Of a stretch of 64,000 bases of DNA, positions 58,023 through 64,000 are shown in pieces. This DNA is from Balanoglossus misakiensis (taxonomy: Eukaryota; Animalia; Hemichordata). The translations under genes and the position numbers were made by a program. Within the stretch, counting starts at the first letter, position 1. Each line of letters starts with the position of its first letter. The DNA is taken from the NCBI GenBank assembly GCA_040954595.2, contig CM082580.2, forward strand, positions 13,442,242 to 13,506,241, read 5' to 3'. Under the pieces are notes generated by a model. It worked only from the letters and a program-made list of their open reading frames with translations, searched no databases and had not been told where the DNA came from.

Positions 58023-61000
58023 CTACACACTCGTACCAATGATACGATCGTCGACATTCGTCAGCTGAAGCCGATAGAACGCACTATCATCCAGAGGAAG
58101 TTCTGTACCATCATTCTCGTCGGGGTTGTTTTGTCTATACCGCTGGTCTGTCCTGTCGACTTTATCAAAAGATAAACCATGCTCACAAACTGATAAATCT
58201 GTGACGCCGAACCTATCTAGGGAAGATATTGCATACGGATTCTCCAGGCGAGTTGTATTCACTGTCCTGTCCATGTGAGATCCAGCAGTATCCAGCAAAG
58301 AGTAATTTGTCTCGCGTTTACCACCGCCTACAAGTTCCGGATGTTCATCGTTCATCTTTCTGTTCCCGCCATGCGATAGTATACTTGTACTATCTTCATA
58401 GATGGTAGCATATATATGAACTTTAGGGTCGACGTTTCTGTTTTCTAGTGTTGTCGTTCTATGTTCCGATAACTCTTCTTGGGTTGCAGGTTCAGGCACG
58501 TCAACTCTACGAGAAATAGAAAAGAATTGGAAAATAATTATTATTGTTAATCTCCTTCAGACAAATAATATGCATTTATCTTCACGGAGCAACCGAGAAA
58601 CTGACATCATTTCTAGAGTTCGTGACGTCAGCGGGATACTTACTCTTGTTTGTTGCTCCTCCTCTTGATGACAGTAATACAAACAACGATTGCTAGAGTG
58701 ACAATCACAGCAAAAGTAGAAATGCACACGGCTGCCATTTTGATACCAGAAAATAATTCCTCCCTGTGAGGCGGTGACCTACGTCCTGTGTACACTGAAA
58801 TATTCAATAGTCAAAACTTTATTATCACTTCCACTGTTTGAAAAAAATACAGCGAGTGCGCAATACAAGTACTCTGCTGGGATATATATAGATATCTTAA
58901 TTATTATGCAGTTATTTTTAAAATAGTTCTAATCGTTTTGTTCCGAAGGTCGCTGAAGACTGAGGGTCTATTGTTTACCCATTGAGTAAATTGAGAAACA
59001 CGACCTTTAGAATTGCATGCCCCGGGTACTGTCACTTTCGCATGCCTGCGCTGTGTAAATATTTTATCGCAAGTCTGTTTCGATATAGGCGATATTTTAC
59101 TAGAAATAATTAATAGTGATGTAGATATACACAGAGCGAACCGATATAAATATTCTGTCTGGCCGGCTAGTTATATATGGGACAACACGTGGCTCTCCGT
59201 GATAAGGTGGGTCCTGCCCAAAAGGTCAATACTCCCTCTGGAAACAGACCAGTTTGCTTTCGCTCACAGTACAGCGCCAGTAAACACTTCAGAATGAGTA
59301 AATTCGCTTACCATCTTCCCTCTCTTTGGTAAGTTTAACGCTCTGCTCACAGAAGGTGCCGTTCCAACCGCTGGTACATTGACATTTGAAGGGATTTTCA
59401 AAACAGCTTCCCCCGTTTTGGCACACACAGTTGTTCTCGTTACACCTGTATGTTGAAACAAAGAATGTGACGTGGTCAGTTGTCACCATTCTTCACTTCT
59501 CTACGGACGAAGATAATGAATTGTGTATTAGCATTGATTAACTCCATCGTCTTGATTCTTGGCAAACTCTTCAAGAGTTAATTTCGCGACCTCGTCCGAA
59601 ATAGGAGAAAAGTCTTACCTAACAATACTTGGACAGCTGCCGTCTTCATGATGACACGTGGTGGAACAGTTGCAATCGGGGCAACTCTGTCTGCAGCTGT
59701 GACCATAGAAACCATCTGGACAACGATCACTACAGTTGACTCCTGTCCACCCGGGCAAGCATGATGTACAGAAATCTTCCTTGCAATGCACACAGTTTAC
59801 AGGGCATCGGGTTTTACAGTATTGACCAGTCCAGCCATTTCGACATGTGCAAGCACCAGTCACGTGATGGCAGTTACCGTTTCCACAGTGACACACTGAC
59901 GAACAGTTATCACCATAGAAACCTTCGTCACATTTTCCGTCGCATCTTCTGCCCTGCCAGCCGGGAGTGCATCTACAGTCGCCGACAGCCGGGGTGCAAG
60001 TATCTCCATTGTAGCAGTGAAGGCATTTGTTCTCACAAAAGGGTTGACCGTTCCTTTCCAGGCGGTAAGCATCACACCCTGTGCAGTCAACCCCACTCCA
60101 GCCGTGCGCACATTTACACTCATAATCGTCACCAGCGACGTCACAGATTGCGCCATTATAACAAGAACAGCGTTTATCACAGTGGTTGCCATAGTAGCCG
60201 TGTTTACATGTACACTCTCCATCCAATGGGTTGCAGTTCTCGTTTGTTGAGCAGGTGCACGGTAAACATAAATTACCATAATATCCCTCCTTGCAAATAC
60301 ATTGCCCACTGTTGCCATCGCAGTCATAATTCACGGGACATGAACACTCAAACTGACAGAGATCACCGTAAAAGCCTTCTGGACAAACACACGAACCATC
60401 AACACCCTGACAAGTTGCACCATTGCGGCAATTACATGGCATTTCGCAGGTGGTCCCGAAATAAAAACCTGAACACAGACACGAACCATCGACAATGTTA
60501 CACGCGCCACCGTTTTGACATCTACATGTGTTCTGGCAGTTGCTACCATAGAATCCAGTCGGACATTCTGGGAGAGAGCATATACTCTGGTTAATATCAG
60601 AATCACACTGTACCATTTTGGCGATATACACCCCCCCCCCCCAAAAAAAAACAAACATAGTCGGACATGCTTTACAATACTTACCCGCACAATTATTCAT
60701 TAAATCAGCTGTCTCATTCTTGTAGTAACCATCGCAACACTTGAAAATCCTGAAAATTGGTTGAAATACATTAGTTTATTTGGTTTAATATTTATTGAAA
60801 AATATATGTGGTCTTCAAATTTTGTGCTTTCAATATTTCACTCCCCCGTGACTAATCATCCGTCACGGCTAAAATGAAGCTGGTGATTGTCAGTCACGTG
60901 ATCACGTTGCTTTCCAGCAGCTTATATTGCGAGTCGGAAAGCTTCAAATGCATGTAAACGTTAGCGTTTTATAGCATACCACAAATAGCATAATTTAACG

Positions 61001-61353
61001 ATAGCATGTAAAACGACATATGCCATCAACTTTGCCAAAGTAAACAAAATTGATAGAATGTGTTATATTAATAACTGCGGCCTTTGACGATATCGATTTG
61101 TAACAGGGAATCGGTGGAAGTAAGCAAAACTAACAGGACAACGATGATACGGGCAATCAGAAATGGAGAACACACCCAAAAGGGGTGGGGGGGGTATACC
61201 GACTCACCCCTGTCCGTTTGGTTGAGTGAACAGCAAACACGCATGCGGATCTCCAGAATGTGTGAGGACGGGTAATATGACGTCAGCCGCAGTAACTCCT
61301 CCAAAAACAACAGTGACAAGCATCGACGCCACCACCTTCAATGCCTCCACCAT
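58023..61353 (-). CDS. MEGF10/11-Draper/SREC-like type I receptor with multiple EGF-like repeats
   Basis: Exons approx. 61353-61208 (signal peptide MVEALKVVASMLVTVVFGGVTAA), 60749-60685 (KCCDGY), 60567-59619 (CxxGxYGxxC..CxCxNGxxC repeats), 59445-59312 (EGF), 58794-58643 (TM followed by KRR), and ~58506-58023 (tyrosine-motif tail). Splice phases are consistent where checked. Confidence 0.85.
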
Positions 61354-63418
61354 CTTCACACTGGAAGAAATTATTAGCAATGATAGATTATTTCCAACAC
61401 AGTGGTTTTCATATAGTTTTCACGCAGATAATTACTTTATACTCACTGACGCATGCAATATGTAGACAACAAAGCTATCTTTAGATATCATTGTGGTTGC
61501 GTTTGTTTCGTGCGAGCTCTTCACCACAGCAAGCTATATCACCAGCCATGTCATCATAAGAGACCAGTACTCAAATAAAGACTCTTAAATAATAGCAACG
61601 ACTAGTATGCCTGTGTACCAAATATTACGGCTATGAATATGTCGCAGATGTACAGGGCGTGAGCAGACCTGTTGCGTTATTCCAACAGGATAGAATGAAC
61701 TTCTCACTACTTAATAAAAAAAACATGCGAAAAGGTAGCGGCTTTGCAGGCTATTTAAGCGGACATATACCTTACTGTCAAGGCTGCTAATCTAGGTAAC
61801 AATTGTTAAACCGATGGTAACCGTTGTTGATACGAGTGTGCGCAAATTCTGTTTTCATGGAATAAATAAATTGACTCATACTTTATTTTTAGAAACGTCC
61901 TATCATTATCTGCACATTTTTCGAGGATGCATGTTTAATAAAAAGTACGGGAAACATCGTATTTAAAACACACTGCACACATTTTTTTGTCAAATTTCTT
62001 CCTCTGTGGCCAGTGACAAGGAGTTTTGGAAAGTTACAAATGTAGAACACCTACCTTGTCTTAATACCTTCCAACTGACGGAAATGTAGTTTTTAAAGAG
62101 TTGTGTAGAGCACAGGGATCTGTATAACGAGCGAACGCAGCACCGATACAATCGATGATGTGATTATGATTCACAGAATAATGACGGCGACGGACCGCCC
62201 TGGTGACACATCTATATATCGACTGCAATCTGAACACGATACCTGCACCAATGTTGACCGCGCTATTTACAGACCGACCTAGTCGACTTGCAAAGGTCGG
62301 GTGAATAACATGGTAGCCTGATTAAATTATGAATATTAAGTGCTTTGAAGTTTTATTAGCAAATAATCGGGAATCGTGGTGTTTCGAGAGAACAGAACCG
62401 CACTTTTTCATTTTTCTCATTCCATTGGTGAAATATAAAGTTCTCAATCAACATACTCCTTAATGCTTCGGAGGTCGACGTTCATATAAATGTGTAATCA
62501 AATTATTTATGCTTCACATTAAAATTCACGAATATAAAGCACTAATTTATTTGTAATCATGACCATTTATTTCTATTTTGACACGTCGACTCGAGTTTTA
62601 ATCTAAATATATATTTTATGAAATCTACCGAGTTTGCAGAGCTATTGTATGGATAATTATTCACCATAGCAACAAATTAAGGAGCCTGTTTGGGCTTGCC
62701 GCCTCCACAAACTAAAATGTCACTTGCCACACATTGACTAGGGAAAGCAATCAATACAGTATCCGGACATTTGTTCAGATTATTGCTTTTTTGTGAACTC
62801 GTCGATAGTTTGACTTCTTCCATGCTAACCTTAAATGAGGATAGGGTTGGTGAATAACAAAAGCTTTAGGTTTTTATGTTGGTTATGATTTTATTATTTT
62901 GTGTGGCACAGAAAAATTTCGACGTCAAAGATGCGGAAAAATATTACAGGGTCAACCCCAGGTCAAAGTAAATTGTCTGGAGTGTCTATATTGCAAATCT
63001 GTTACATGAGTGCAGAGCCAATCACAAGTGCTTTGGTCTACGTGTTACAGGTGTACGGAAAGTAATTGACCAATCAGAATTGTCGGGGTCTAAATGATCG
63101 CTCTGATGATCTCTCGATTCTCTACTATCAATCACGTGTAGTGGCCATGCGACCCACGGCGTAGTCATTTCCAGAAGACGGACAAGCAATATTTCTTCAT
63201 CCAGTTGAAGTTTTTCCGAGTATGTTTTTACTTTAGAACCGACAGACACGTATAGACACGTAACATGTATCAGGTATGGTGCCTTATCAGCCTCGTGGAG
63301 TTTCGTCTACACAGTCTTTGCCAGGACCACGCCCAGGACCACGTTGTTGAAGATGCCTGGAATTTGAATGCCAACGTAACTGCCGCCGGACGTCATTTGA
63401 TATCGAAGAATTGCCACC

Positions 63419-63454
63419 ATGTCAGTGTGTAGCTGTGTGTCTAAGGATTTACAG
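63419..63454 (+). other. Possible first coding exon of a gene continuing beyond the window
   Basis: gccaccATG context, 12 codons (MSVCSCVSKDLQ), then a strong donor cag|gtaaga. No homology support. Confidence 0.25.
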
Positions 63455-64000
63455 GTAAGATTTGTCATTTTCCAATAAATTTAAAGAACACCTTTATTAT
63501 AAAAATTCAATTTGTACATTATATAAAAGTTCCAAGGAGGAAAAAACAACAACCATAGAACAGTCAAGATGGCTGACCCCGGCCCATGTCATAACTGTAT
63601 GATATACCGGCAATGATTTCAATCATATAAAACTTTCATTGGCATCAGAGAATCAACAATCTCGTAAAAAAATCAGAGAATCAACAATCTCATAGAAAAA
63701 TAGGTGTTTTCAGAAATACACGTTTACATGTTTAACTCAAAAACTATTTGTGACAAATGAACACCAAGTACCAGGGCTTTATCACGTTACTGAGTTCAAT
63801 GTCTGATTTCAGAAATGTTAATTTTCAAGAACTTTTATTTATTCAACTGGATTTAATAACAAATGAGATTTAACCTATTCAAATTTAAATGTACAGCTAC
63901 ATTTAGAGGTTGATATGTTTGTGTATTATACCCATCAGTCAGCTCATTTAAATGAGCCAATCTATGCCTGAAAGTAAAATCATCAAAAATTGGAAAAAAG

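Noticed and set aside
59761-60690. Long alternative-frame and antisense ORFs (277, 155 and 119 aa)
   Set aside because: Shadows of the Cys/Gly-rich EGF exon with no independent protein features.
63644-63691. 20-bp direct repeat atcagagaatcaacaatctc, two copies
   Set aside because: A simple local duplication with no further structure.

Overview
Eukaryotic, intron-rich, AT-rich animal DNA with GT-AG introns; a marine invertebrate deuterostome is a guess only. In order, the genes are: the 3' part of a kinesin-3/KIF28-like gene (+); a Crk SH2-SH3-SH3 adaptor (+); an isolated first exon of a GCPII/NAALADase paralog (+); a B-box-less TRIM-like RING/coiled-coil gene (+); an intronless SLC35G/EamA-like transporter (+); a Cys-loop anion channel (-); a complete GCPII/NAALADase-like M28B peptidase (-); two head-to-head MBOAT1/2-like lysophospholipid acyltransferase paralogs (- and +); and a MEGF10/Draper-like multi-EGF receptor (-). 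The clearest structural event is a 3.9-kb Foldback-type transposon (41806-45689) with a perfect 9-bp target-site duplication (TSD) and inverted arms built of 134-bp units (4x31+10 bp). It splits a coding exon of the minus-strand MBOAT and carries a nested element of its own. The most puzzling arrangement is two oppositely oriented, splice-compatible GCPII first exons flanking a single GCPII gene body. Exon boundaries were read by eye and family names come from motif recognition; no searches were run.
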